NCBI GenBank assembly: GCA_963725235.1
Contig: CAVRXN010000002.1
Location: forward strand, 378,902 to 442,901
Length of the DNA stretch: 64,000 nt
DNA from: an uncultured bacterium
GTDB lineage: Bacteria; Patescibacteriota; Minisyncoccia; UBA6257; 2-01-FULL-56-20
Reading direction: 5' to 3'
Position 1 is the first letter of the stretch. Every line of letters begins with the position of its first letter. Shown here piece after piece: positions 16,893 through 25,737 of the stretch. Made by a program: the position numbers and the translations under genes. The notes beneath the pieces are model-generated. The model did not search any database. It was not told where the DNA came from and was given only the letters and a program-made list of their open reading frames with translations.

Positions 16893-18236
16893 ATGGAAGC
16901 AACATACGAGGCGAGAAAAGCGCGTTTGTCGGAACAAATGCGGCAATCGGGAAACGTACGGCTTGGCAAGCAAACGTCAAATCTGTTTCGTGAGCGCGAT
17001 AAAGGCTCGGAGCAAACTCTGACTGTCCGTGATTTTAATCATGTTTTAACAATTAATATCGAGGAAGGGTGGGCTGAAGTCGAGGGAATGACGACATACG
17101 AAGCGTTTACGGATGAAACATTAAAATATGGTTATATGCCGGCAGTTGTTCCGCAACTGAAAACGATAACCGTCGGCGGTGCCGTTGCCGGCGTCGGCAT
17201 CGAATCGTCATCGTTCCGGTATGGCCTCGTCCACGAAACAATGTTCGAACTCGAAGTGTTACTCGCAAGCGGAGAAACGATCGTTTGCAGTCCGGCGCAG
17301 AACGCGGATCTTTTTTACGGATTCCCCAACTCATATGGAACGTTTGGCTACGCACTTCGGCTGAAAATGAAAATTGTTCCGGTGAAGCCGTTCGTGAAAA
17401 TCGAACACGCGCGCTATCGCAGCACGGAATCGTATTTCCCCGCGCTCGAAAAAACGACGAGCGGCGCGACGGAAAGTTCGGCAGCAAATCAGGCCGATTT
17501 CGTCGATGGCACGATATTCGATCCGGATGAACTGTATATTACGAAGGGGACATTCGTCGACGAAGCGCCGTTCGTCAGCGACTACACCTACATGGATATT
17601 TATTATAAATCGATTCGCGTCCGGCACGAAGACTATCTCTCTGTACGCGATTATATCTGGCGCTGGGACACGGATTGGTTTTGGTGCTCGGCGGCGTTCG
17701 GCGCACAGCATCCGTTGATCCGGTGGTTGCTCGGAAGAAAGCGGCTTAATTCAGCCGTGTACTGGAAGATTAAAAATTTTGCGCAGCGGCATCCGATTCT
17801 TATGAAAACATCCGCCGGTTTTTCGCGCCGCGAATATATTATCCAAGACGTCGACATTCCAATTGCGACCGCGCCGAAGTTTGCCGAATTTTTCTTTGAA
17901 AATATTACCATAGGGCCCATATGGATCTGTCCGTTTCGCGGTTCGCGCGAGGCCGAGAAATTTAATTTATACTCATTCGGCCCGGACAAACTCTATGTCA
18001 ATTTCGGTTTCTGGAATTCCGTTGCAACCAAACAACCGGACGGGTATTACAACCGGATGGTCGAAAAGAAAGTCGAAGAACTCGGCGGTAAAAAAAGCCT
18101 CTATTCAGATTCTTTCTATACACCGGAAGAATTTTGGAATATATTCGATAAGCCGATGTATGATCAGATGAAGCAGAAATATGATCCGCAGGAGAAATTA
18201 AAAAATTTGTATGATAAGGCAGTCCGCCGAAAATAA
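16893..18236 (+). CDS. FAD-binding (PCMH-type) oxidoreductase, DHCR24/DWF1-like
   Basis: ITVGGAVAGVGIESSSFRYGLVHE FAD-binding segment and a YIWRWDTDWFW C-terminal region. ATG 16893 lies 2 nt after the cfa stop; the upstream part of ORF 16776.. overlaps cfa. Confidence 0.8.
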   Translation: MEATYEARKARLSEQMRQSGNVRLGKQTSNLFRERDKGSEQTLTVRDFNHVLTINIEEGWAEVEGMTTYEAFTDETLKYGYMPAVVPQLKTITVGGAVAGVGIESSSFRYGLVHETMFELEVLLASGETIVCSPAQNADLFYGFPNSYGTFGYALRLKMKIVPVKPFVKIEHARYRSTESYFPALEKTTSGATESSAANQADFVDGTIFDPDELYITKGTFVDEAPFVSDYTYMDIYYKSIRVRHEDYLSVRDYIWRWDTDWFWCSAAFGAQHPLIRWLLGRKRLNSAVYWKIKNFAQRHPILMKTSAGFSRREYIIQDVDIPIATAPKFAEFFFENITIGPIWICPFRGSREAEKFNLYSFGPDKLYVNFGFWNSVATKQPDGYYNRMVEKKVEELGGKKSLYSDSFYTPEEFWNIFDKPMYDQMKQKYDPQEKLKNLYDKAVRRK

Positions 18237-18248
18237 AAAGTGCGCACG

Positions 18249-18728
18249 ATGAACAAAGAAAAACTCCATAGATTTTTCGAGGCAGGCGTCATTGTCAAAG
18301 CAATCGATAGCATTATTGAAATAACGCTTGGCATCCTGTTCTTTGTGTTGAGCTCGCAAACCGTCAATCGCGTGATATTTTATATTTTCGGCGATGAACT
18401 GGCCGAACAGCCGCGCGACATGATCTGGAACATCCTCCTGCATAACTTTAACGGATTATCCGCCGGCTCCCAACAATTTTGGGCCATCGTTTTCGTTGCG
18501 CACGGCATCGCGAAAATAATTTTACTCATCGGCCTCGTCAAAAGGAAACTGTGGATATATCTTTTCTCCGCCGTCGCCTTCGGTGCGTTCGTCATCTACC
18601 AGACCTATCATATTATTTTTTATGCGCCATCTATCATCCTCGCGCTGCTTACCGGCATCGATGCCGCCTTTACCGTCCTGATCGTGTTTGAATATCGATA
18701 TCAGCGGGGGAGGGAACTGGTGGGTTAA
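18249..18728 (+). CDS. DUF2127-like membrane protein
   Basis: Four hydrophobic segments with an N-terminus HRFFEAGVIVKAIDSIIEITLG. GTG 18240 is an alternative start. Confidence 0.55.
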   Translation: MNKEKLHRFFEAGVIVKAIDSIIEITLGILFFVLSSQTVNRVIFYIFGDELAEQPRDMIWNILLHNFNGLSAGSQQFWAIVFVAHGIAKIILLIGLVKRKLWIYLFSAVAFGAFVIYQTYHIIFYAPSIILALLTGIDAAFTVLIVFEYRYQRGRELVG

Positions 18729-18742
18729 GTGTTTTAGCTAGG

Positions 18743-18813
18743 CTGCGGGACTAGGATTCGAACCTAGATTGATGGATTCAGAGTCCATATGCCTACCGTT
18801 AGCAGATCCCGCA
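18743..18813 (-). tRNA. tRNA-Gln (anticodon CTG)
   Basis: 71-nt cloverleaf with a U1-A72 pair and G73 discriminator, as in bacterial tRNA-Gln. Acceptor TGCGGGA/TCCCGCA, anticodon loop CTCTGAA, T-arm CTAGG-TTCGAAT-CCTAG. Confidence 0.85.
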
Positions 18814-18862
18814 ATGAATCCGGAAGCATTTTCATTATATTGATTTTCAGGATTTTATCAAC

Positions 18863-18915
18863 AAAAAAAGACCCCATCGCCCGCGAACCGGATTTCGGTT
18901 CGAAGGGATGAGGTC
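18863..18915 (-). terminator. Rho-independent terminator (long compound hairpin)
   Basis: Inner stem CGAACCG/CGGTTCG plus an outer stem, followed on the minus strand by TTTTTTT. Confidence 0.7.
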
Positions 18916-18940
18916 GGAAAACAATAGAGAACGTAAGGAG

Positions 18941-19873
18941 CTAAATCGCACCGCTCGGTACATTCACCCGTTGCTGCTGAACGGGAATGGGCTGGGCCGG
19001 GGATGAAGGAGCGGTAGGAGCTCCCAGAACTCCAGCAGGAGTCGATTGCGAAGGACTATCGGCACCAGCAAGAGGTGCGGGGATGATGTCCGTAAAAAAC
19101 TGCAATTGAGTGAGCGCCGCGACACTCGCCTCATCCGCCCCGCTGATCGCGAAGAGCGGAATTGATGATGGTGTCGAAGGGGCAGGGGTTGCGAGAGCCG
19201 TCGTTACATCAGGCGCTGCCGTTGCTTCAGGCGATGCGGTCGGTGTGTCCACCTGTGCTTCTTCAACGGTTGGCAGGTTTAATACGGCGAAATCGGCATC
19301 TGGATACTTGACCCAGGTTTCTTCCACTGGCGCCGTCGGAAGGAATGCCAGCAAGGGCCGTTGCGATTTTCGGATCGGCGGATGATAGCCGCACTCAGGT
19401 GTTTGCTTCGGGATGAGGAGCACGAACCCTGCTTCCAGTTTTGTGTCCAAAGACATCTGATTCGCAGCTGCTATTGCAAGAGCGGCATGCGAGTTAAAGC
19501 GGTGAAGATCGTGAGCGACGTCAGCGAATGAAAGTTCGTTTTCGCGAACATATCGGCTGAGTTCACAAGCCGATTCGGCTTTGGCTTCCTGGGGTATTGG
19601 CGCAGCTTTGGCCAATTCGATTTCATGCCGGATATCTTCGTTATCCGAATCGAGAGCGGGTTGCGGGGTCGGAGCCGGTGCGGAAGTTTTTATCTCCGCT
19701 GGCGTTGGCGTTGATATACTTTGCGAGTCGGGTATCTGCTGATGATACACCGGTTTTTTCTGTAGCATCGGAGCCACAGCAATCCAAAGCACGAAAAGTG
19801 CCATGGCGCTAATAGCGCCGAGGGCAAAACGGTTTTGGAAGCGCTTCGTTCTTTCGTGTTCACCTACGATCAT
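18941..19873 (-). CDS. Single-pass membrane protein, Pro/Ala/Thr-rich, possible LysM-like segment
   Basis: I set the start at ATG 19873 (GGAAAGGAAA upstream) because the listed 20104 start reads through a 61-nt-period duplication in two different frames. TM helix ALGAISAMALFVLWIAV. Confidence 0.55.
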   Translation of the reverse strand: MIVGEHERTKRFQNRFALGAISAMALFVLWIAVAPMLQKKPVYHQQIPDSQSISTPTPAEIKTSAPAPTPQPALDSDNEDIRHEIELAKAAPIPQEAKAESACELSRYVRENELSFADVAHDLHRFNSHAALAIAAANQMSLDTKLEAGFVLLIPKQTPECGYHPPIRKSQRPLLAFLPTAPVEETWVKYPDADFAVLNLPTVEEAQVDTPTASPEATAAPDVTTALATPAPSTPSSIPLFAISGADEASVAALTQLQFFTDIIPAPLAGADSPSQSTPAGVLGAPTAPSSPAQPIPVQQQRVNVPSGAI

Positions 19874-19922
19874 TATATTTCCTTTCCGAAGGATCTTCGG
19901 CAAAGGGACATTTCGCTCAGTG

Positions 19923-20035
19923 TATTCAGTACGCGTTCTCGCCTCCCAAAGGGATGACAATCCACGATATGAATTTAAACTGTTATTCAGTACGCGTTCT
20001 CGCCTCCCAAAGGGATGACAATCCACGATATGAAT
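19923..20035. repeat. Two perfect 52-bp direct repeats separated by 9 bp
   Basis: tattcagtacgcgttctcgcctcccaaagggatgacaatccacgatatgaat occurs at 19923-19974 and 19984-20035, in the 5' region of the 18941..19873 gene. Confidence 0.9.
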
Positions 20036-20152
20036 ATACTCAGCGATATGACCATCTGCACTTTGCGGAAAGCAGCTTTGCTTGCGCTCGGCTAGCTTCC
20101 GCAAAGTTTTTCTAGATACTTCTTTTGTAAATGAGTTTCGGGTTTGCCGTCG

Positions 20153-20863
20153 CTAAGAAACGACAGCTTGAGATTCAAGATAGCGGGCGTGCAGCTTGCT
20201 TTTGATCACGGTAAACCGTTCACTCCAGCGAACTGTCATATCGAAGCCGATGTACTTCACGAGGGTTGCTTGATCGGCGCCGCGAACTTCGATGACAGCT
20301 TCGTATATTTCGTCGAAGTCCGAATGCTGGAAGCGTGCTCGGACGAAATTTCCGTTACGCTTAGCCGAGTCGCGCACTTTTTCCATGGTCGGGTTGAGCG
20401 GCGGCTCCATCAACACGGTTGATGATTCAAGGGTTTCCAGGATGGTTTTGGTTGTTGCCCCAGCCCCGTTCCTCTTGAGATGGAGGAAGATAGCCCCAAG
20501 GCCTACGAGGATCAAGAGGGCGAAGATGACGATAGAGATTTGAATTCGCGCCATCGATGTCTTCGTCAGGGTGCGGGTCTCATTAGTCGCGTCCACAATC
20601 GCACCTCGTGTTTCTTGCTGGTCGTTCGCTACTGCCCCGAGAGTTTGGCTCTCGTGTTTCGCTGAGCGCTTTTCCGCGTCGGTTTCGACTTCTTTTACGG
20701 CTGTCGTAACAGCCCGCTTCACACCATTTAATTCAGCGTGAAGTGCCTTTCGGCTTATTCCTGTTGCTGGACCTGCATGCTGTTGTGCTGCATCGCCTTG
20801 TTGGGCGACGAGCGGCAACACTGCCATAAAACTCAGAGCGAAAGCAATCGTGATGCGTTGCAT
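20153..20863 (-). CDS. Signal-peptide plus TM protein, hypothetical
   Basis: N-terminal signal (ITIAFALSFMAVLPLVA) and a central TM helix. GGAGAG lies 7 nt upstream of the ATG. Confidence 0.55.
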   Translation of the reverse strand: MQRITIAFALSFMAVLPLVAQQGDAAQQHAGPATGISRKALHAELNGVKRAVTTAVKEVETDAEKRSAKHESQTLGAVANDQQETRGAIVDATNETRTLTKTSMARIQISIVIFALLILVGLGAIFLHLKRNGAGATTKTILETLESSTVLMEPPLNPTMEKVRDSAKRNGNFVRARFQHSDFDEIYEAVIEVRGADQATLVKYIGFDMTVRWSERFTVIKSKLHARYLESQAVVS

Positions 20864-20975
20864 TGTTGAACTCTCCGTGTATTAATATTAAATTGTGTAA
20901 GGGCTGCTCGGGTGCCGTTTTCAAATGCACCTCGAGATATATACTATATACCACAGTTCCATGCGCAAGTCAATG

Positions 20976-21005
20976 AAAAACGCCCCGGGCAAGGAGCGTT
21001 TTTTT
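20976..21005 (-). terminator. Terminator-like hairpin after the 22266-21043 operon
   Basis: AAAAACGC-N12-GCGTTTTT with flanking T/A runs. Confidence 0.45.
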
Positions 21006-21042
21006 GTGAAGCTATTTTGCGAGGCAATACGGATTTTTAACT

Positions 21043-21924
21043 CTACAATGTCGATGTTACCGAACCCGATGTCGTGCCACTTGCCGCCGCCGAAACCTTC
21101 AGCTGGAACAACGCCTTCACGATCGTCCCTGCATCGGCGCGAGCCGCGGTCAGGTCGGCCTGGGCTGCCTGGATTTTCGTTCGTGCGTCCTTCAGTGCCG
21201 CAGTGTTCGAAGCCATGATCGTCGTATTGCCGTTGTCCGGCTGGAGCGATGCGGTTTCGCTAACTGCTGCGTTCACCTGTGTCTGCGCATCGGCAACTTT
21301 CGCGTTCATGTCGGCGAGCGCCGAAACCGACGTCGTCATATTCGCACCGGCATTTTGTGCCGCCGTGATCCGCGTTTGCAAATCGCCCGAGAGCGTCGTA
21401 AACATTCCGGCGATGTCGAGCACGCGGTCAGCCGCGGCTTCGATTGCGCCCTGCGGAATGATGAGTGCGAAGATGCGGTAGGATTTCGTGATCGACTGAA
21501 TGTCCGCCTTCAGCGACGTCGTCGAATTCGCCGCCGCATCGGCCGCGATCTGCGCCTGCAAATTCGTCATCGCCGTCACCTGCGCTGCGATCGTCGATGA
21601 GAGCGTCGCCTTATCGCTCGCCGAAATTTTCACCATCGCGTTGATGCGCGTACTGAGTGCATTCAGCGCATTCACGCGGCGCGTGATTTCGGCGTCGGCG
21701 CGGGTCTGGGCGGTCGTGACGAGTTTTGCGAGAGCGGTTGCCTTCAGGTTCGCGTTTGCGGCAGCATTCGCCCCGGCTCCGACACCCGTTCCGCCGACCG
21801 TCGCACTCGTCGAGGCGTTGACCCCGAGGCCAACGGCTGCGGCCGGCATTGACAGTGCGACTCCCGAAACGAGAAGCGCTACTCCCGCTCCTGCGGAAAT
21901 TAATTTAGTCAAATTTATTTTCAT
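21043..21924 (-). CDS. Secreted Ala-rich alpha-helical protein, hypothetical
   Basis: Signal peptide (LISAGAGVALLVSGVALSMPAAA), then heptad-like A/T/Q/N-rich sequence. Confidence 0.6.
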   Translation of the reverse strand: MKINLTKLISAGAGVALLVSGVALSMPAAAVGLGVNASTSATVGGTGVGAGANAAANANLKATALAKLVTTAQTRADAEITRRVNALNALSTRINAMVKISASDKATLSSTIAAQVTAMTNLQAQIAADAAANSTTSLKADIQSITKSYRIFALIIPQGAIEAAADRVLDIAGMFTTLSGDLQTRITAAQNAGANMTTSVSALADMNAKVADAQTQVNAAVSETASLQPDNGNTTIMASNTAALKDARTKIQAAQADLTAARADAGTIVKALFQLKVSAAASGTTSGSVTSTL

Positions 21925-21936
21925 GATTTTTTAATA
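21922..21936 (-). promoter_or_regulatory. -10 box abutting the start codon (TATTAA-N6-ATG; ATTAAAAAATCATG)
   Basis: Minus-strand TATTAA at 21936-21931, ATG at 21924. Confidence 0.4.
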
Positions 21937-21957
21937 TGAACCGTTAGATAGAAAACC

Positions 21958-22266
21958 TTAGAATTGCGACTGCTGGACTTCTTGGTCGTTCGACCCCTGA
22001 GTGATGCTCGCGTTATCCGATGAGAAACCATTCATCTGCCCATCGATATTCGAGAGGTCGGTTTGGAGCGCCGCGTTCGAACTGTCCGTTGCGGAAACTC
22101 CGGATCCGGAAACTCCGTTCGAGAGAGTCGACGTGGAAGTTGGCTGGTTCGCCTGGCCGGTCGTCGGCGCTGTCGCCGTCTGGCCCATGCTCCACCACCA
22201 CCAAACAGCGCCGATGACGACAATCGCAATGATTATCCACAGTATCGTTTTCGCTTTAGTAGTCAT
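21958..22266 (-). CDS. Small N-terminally anchored membrane protein, hypothetical
   Basis: TM helix ILWIIIAIVVIGAVWWWW followed by an S/T/N/Q-rich tail. Confidence 0.55.
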   Translation of the reverse strand: MTTKAKTILWIIIAIVVIGAVWWWWSMGQTATAPTTGQANQPTSTSTLSNGVSGSGVSATDSSNAALQTDLSNIDGQMNGFSSDNASITQGSNDQEVQQSQF

Positions 22267-22346
22267 TATATTAGTTGGAAAAGCTAGATTCGACCTTTTC
22301 GTTTATATATACAAATTGTAGCAAAAAATATTAAAAATGTGTTAAA

Positions 22347-23405
22347 ATGCGATTTGGTATGAAAAGGCGACTTTTAAATCGTAATGAAGTGGTCCAAGGC
22401 CCATCGCCCGCGGCCATACAAGCTATCCGGAAATTCAATCCAGGGAAAGCATCACTCTATTTTGATGGTTACTATGGATCATCGCTCGTCCCCGAACTGG
22501 CCCGGCGATTTAAAGTAGCGCCGGCGCAAGTTTCGGTCGGCTACGGTATAGAATTTTTTCTCCGCGCGATTTTCGATTCGCTCGTACCGCAACGCGACAT
22601 TATTTTAACCAACGTACCACACTACGGTTTTTACTCGGCGTACGCGAGCGCTAAAAGCGTGCGTATAGTGACATTTCAGATTCTCGACCGCAGCGGCCAT
22701 TTCGAATTTGACATCAATGACTGTTTGCAGAAAATAAAGAAATTTCATACGAAGGTCATTTTAATAACATCGCCGAATAATCCGACCGGAAATTCCATGG
22801 GCGCGGGGGATGTTGAGAAAATTTTAAAGTTAACCAAGTCGGCAAAATCAAAATCGTTGGTAGTCCTCGATGAAGCATATTGGGGTTTCGATCCAAAGTA
22901 TGATGAAGCGACGACCATGCGATTATTAAAAAAGTATGAAAATCTGGTCGTGTTACGCAGCTTTTCGAAACGATATGCCCTTGCCGGCCTTCGGATTGGA
23001 TTCGCGCTGTGGGGGAAAGCGGCAAAAAAGCTCATTCGCTACGACGACCTTTATCTCGGCGGTAGCCGGTTACTTGAAGAAGTCGCCGTAGCGGCACTGC
23101 GGTCGGAAAATTATTATAAAAAACTTTCTACGGATATGATTGCTGAGCGCAAGCAATTTATTGCTCGCGTCGACTGTTTACAAAATTTTATTCCTTATGA
23201 ATCGAATGCAAACTTTGTTATGGTCAAAATCGCGGAACAGGCGATAGCGGAGTTTAAAAAGCACGAAGCCAAGCTGTCTGTTACGATTTCGAAATTCACG
23301 ACCCGACAGTTCATCCGAGTTTCGCTTAGTTCGCGAAAAGACAATGAAAAATTCATTAAACTTCTCGAATCGATTGATGAAAAGCTTATTAAAAAATATG
23401 CCTGA
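22347..23405 (+). CDS. PLP-dependent class I/II aminotransferase (histidinol-phosphate aminotransferase-like)
   Basis: ITSPNNPTGN, LDEAY and SFSKRYALAGLRIG (the PLP lysine). Confidence 0.8.
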   Translation: MRFGMKRRLLNRNEVVQGPSPAAIQAIRKFNPGKASLYFDGYYGSSLVPELARRFKVAPAQVSVGYGIEFFLRAIFDSLVPQRDIILTNVPHYGFYSAYASAKSVRIVTFQILDRSGHFEFDINDCLQKIKKFHTKVILITSPNNPTGNSMGAGDVEKILKLTKSAKSKSLVVLDEAYWGFDPKYDEATTMRLLKKYENLVVLRSFSKRYALAGLRIGFALWGKAAKKLIRYDDLYLGGSRLLEEVAVAALRSENYYKKLSTDMIAERKQFIARVDCLQNFIPYESNANFVMVKIAEQAIAEFKKHEAKLSVTISKFTTRQFIRVSLSSRKDNEKFIKLLESIDEKLIKKYA

Positions 23406-24597
23406 TCCATGCCTCGACTGCGGCGAATATCCAGTCAATCATCCGAGTGAATGGTTTTCGGCGTTGTTCGAGTCGGCGATGGCGCCGGTTTCGACGGGCG
23501 TCGAATATATGATTCGCGGGGTGAAGCCATCGATTTTACGACGCGCACCCGACAGCGCGGCACTGCCATTTCTCCGCATACTGGCCGCGCTCCGGCTCGG
23601 TACGATAAAAACTGATGTCGATGAGTATGACTCCGGGCGAAATCGGTGGCTGTGGGATGCGGCGAACCGACGCGGTGTCGAGATGTATCAATTCCGATTG
23701 CTCGGCAAGCCGGATGGTACGGATTTTTTTGTTGCGCGGCTCAATGGGAAGACGGTTGCGTTCGAAGGATTGCCGCGGCCGGATCGCGGCGTTTCAAAAT
23801 CACTCGACTGGATGGATAACAAAGCAATCCTTAAAAAAAGATTAACTGCGGCAGGAATTCCGATGGCGCGCGGGCGCGCGTGCAGGACATATGACCAAGC
23901 GCTCGCGACGATGCGCGAGGTTGGCCGTGCGGAAGACGGCGCTGGGGGCACAACGATAATTCCCGTAATAACAAAACCGCACATCGGTTCCCGCAGCCGC
24001 CACTCGACGATCGGCATCCGAACGCCCGAAGAATTGTGCGTCGGATTCGACAAGGCGAAGCGATTATCGCCCTGGGTAATAGTAGAGCAAGAGCTCCAGG
24101 GATATTTATTCCGCATCCTGCTCGTTCGCGGCGAAGTCGCTGGCATCATCCGTCGTGAGCAGGCGCATGTCGTAGGCGATGGCGAGGCGACGGTCCGCGA
24201 ACTGATCGAACGGGAAAATAAAAATCCTCGACGCGGCGGGCCGACATTCCATCAGCTGCCGACCGATCGAGGGTCGGACCAAATTCCTGCCCGCGGCGAA
24301 ACAGTTATCTTGAACGAACATATCTCGCGTTACTACGGCGGCTCGACCAGCGACTTTACTAACCGCGTCCATCCCGACAACGCCGAACTGTTCCGGCATC
24401 TCGCCGACGTCCTTGGTGACTCACTCGTCGGCGTCGACTTCATCATTGGCAACATGGAGAAATCGTGGCGCGAGCAAAAACTCTGTGGCGTTATCGAATG
24501 CAACAGTTTGCCAAACATCGATCTGCATCACGACGTATTATATGGCGAGAGCCGCGACATCGGCGGCCTATTACTCGACATCGCATTTGAAAAATGA
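23398..24597 (+). CDS. Stand-alone ATP-grasp enzyme resembling the N-terminal ATP-grasp module of cyanophycin synthetase
   Basis: ITKPHIGSRSRH, VIVEQELQGYLFRILLVRGEVAGIIRREQAHVVGDGEATVRELIERENKNPRRG, and VGVDFI...GVIECNSLPNIDLHH. ATG 23398 overlaps the upstream stop (ATGCCTGA). Confidence 0.7.
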   Translation: MPDPCLDCGEYPVNHPSEWFSALFESAMAPVSTGVEYMIRGVKPSILRRAPDSAALPFLRILAALRLGTIKTDVDEYDSGRNRWLWDAANRRGVEMYQFRLLGKPDGTDFFVARLNGKTVAFEGLPRPDRGVSKSLDWMDNKAILKKRLTAAGIPMARGRACRTYDQALATMREVGRAEDGAGGTTIIPVITKPHIGSRSRHSTIGIRTPEELCVGFDKAKRLSPWVIVEQELQGYLFRILLVRGEVAGIIRREQAHVVGDGEATVRELIERENKNPRRGGPTFHQLPTDRGSDQIPARGETVILNEHISRYYGGSTSDFTNRVHPDNAELFRHLADVLGDSLVGVDFIIGNMEKSWREQKLCGVIECNSLPNIDLHHDVLYGESRDIGGLLLDIAFEK

Positions 24598-24611
24598 TAA
24601 ACTAACCATCA

Positions 24612-25709
24612 ATGGTTCCCACTCTCATCGCTGTCTTCGGCGTTTTTCAATTGATTTTGTTTTTAATGCATGCGGACATTTACCAAACGCTTGGCGCGGC
24701 GTTCGGTTGGCATTTCTCATGGCTCGAATGGCTTTTTGTATTTCTGTCGATAACATTCGTCAGCTCGTCGGTGCTCGCGTTCCGCTTTTGTAACCCATTA
24801 ACCAAATGGTATTACCGTTTTTCGATGTACTGGTTTGGCCTGACGCAATTTCTCTTCGCCGCTTCGCTCGCATATTTTATCGTCGAGTACATCGCCATTG
24901 CAGCCGGTAACTATCTTTCTCCGGTGCTCGTTGGCGGCACCTTTTTCATAATCGCAATTTTGGTCCATACGTACGCATCGTGGCAAACCGTTCATCCGCG
25001 AGTCACCCGCATATCGGTTGATTTGCCAAATCTGCCGGCAACATGGCGCGGCAAAAAAATAGTATTTGTAAGCGACGTACATCTTGGCGCCATTCTCAGT
25101 GTCGGTTTTGCACAAAAAGTTGTTTCATTCATTAAAAAAGAACATCCCGAAGCAGTTCTTATCGGTGGCGACATTTTCGACGGCGTAAAATGCCATTCCC
25201 AATCGCTCATCCAACCATTCGCGGAGTTGCGACCACCGCACGGCGTCTATTTCATAAGCGGTAACCATGAATATATAGAGGATACAGTGGAAGTGTTAAA
25301 GGAAATCCCGAATGTCGGCATTCGGGTTGTACGGAATGAAGTTATCGATATGGCCGGCATCCAGCTCGCTGGCGTTGATTGGAAAGATGCGTATAGCAAG
25401 GACCAATTTGAAAAAATAATGAGTGACATCACAATCAATCATTCGAAACCGAGCATTTTAATGCGGCATGAGCCAAATCACCTCGAGATTGCGGAAAATG
25501 CCGGCATCTCGCTTACGCTTTCCGGCCACACGCATCAGGGGCAGATCTGGCCGCTGAAATATATAACCCGTCGCGTATTCAAAGGTTTTGATTACGGACT
25601 CAAACAGCACGGCGCTATGTCGGTCTATACCTCAAGCGGCGTCGGCACATGGGGTCCGCCGCTGCGATTCGGTACAAAAGCTGAAATCGTGGCGATTACA
25701 TTGCATTGA
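24612..25709 (+). CDS. Membrane-anchored metallophosphoesterase (calcineurin-like)
   Basis: N-terminal TM helices, then VSDVHLG, GGDIFDG, GNHEY and SGHTHQGQ. Confidence 0.85.
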   Translation: MVPTLIAVFGVFQLILFLMHADIYQTLGAAFGWHFSWLEWLFVFLSITFVSSSVLAFRFCNPLTKWYYRFSMYWFGLTQFLFAASLAYFIVEYIAIAAGNYLSPVLVGGTFFIIAILVHTYASWQTVHPRVTRISVDLPNLPATWRGKKIVFVSDVHLGAILSVGFAQKVVSFIKKEHPEAVLIGGDIFDGVKCHSQSLIQPFAELRPPHGVYFISGNHEYIEDTVEVLKEIPNVGIRVVRNEVIDMAGIQLAGVDWKDAYSKDQFEKIMSDITINHSKPSILMRHEPNHLEIAENAGISLTLSGHTHQGQIWPLKYITRRVFKGFDYGLKQHGAMSVYTSSGVGTWGPPLRFGTKAEIVAITLH

Positions 25710-25737
25710 TCAAAATTAAAAAATCATTAAACAGACG

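Noticed and set aside
19923-20035. Possible CRISPR array
   Set aside because: There are only two repeat copies, the 52-bp unit is too long, the spacer is only 9 bp, and there are no cas genes.
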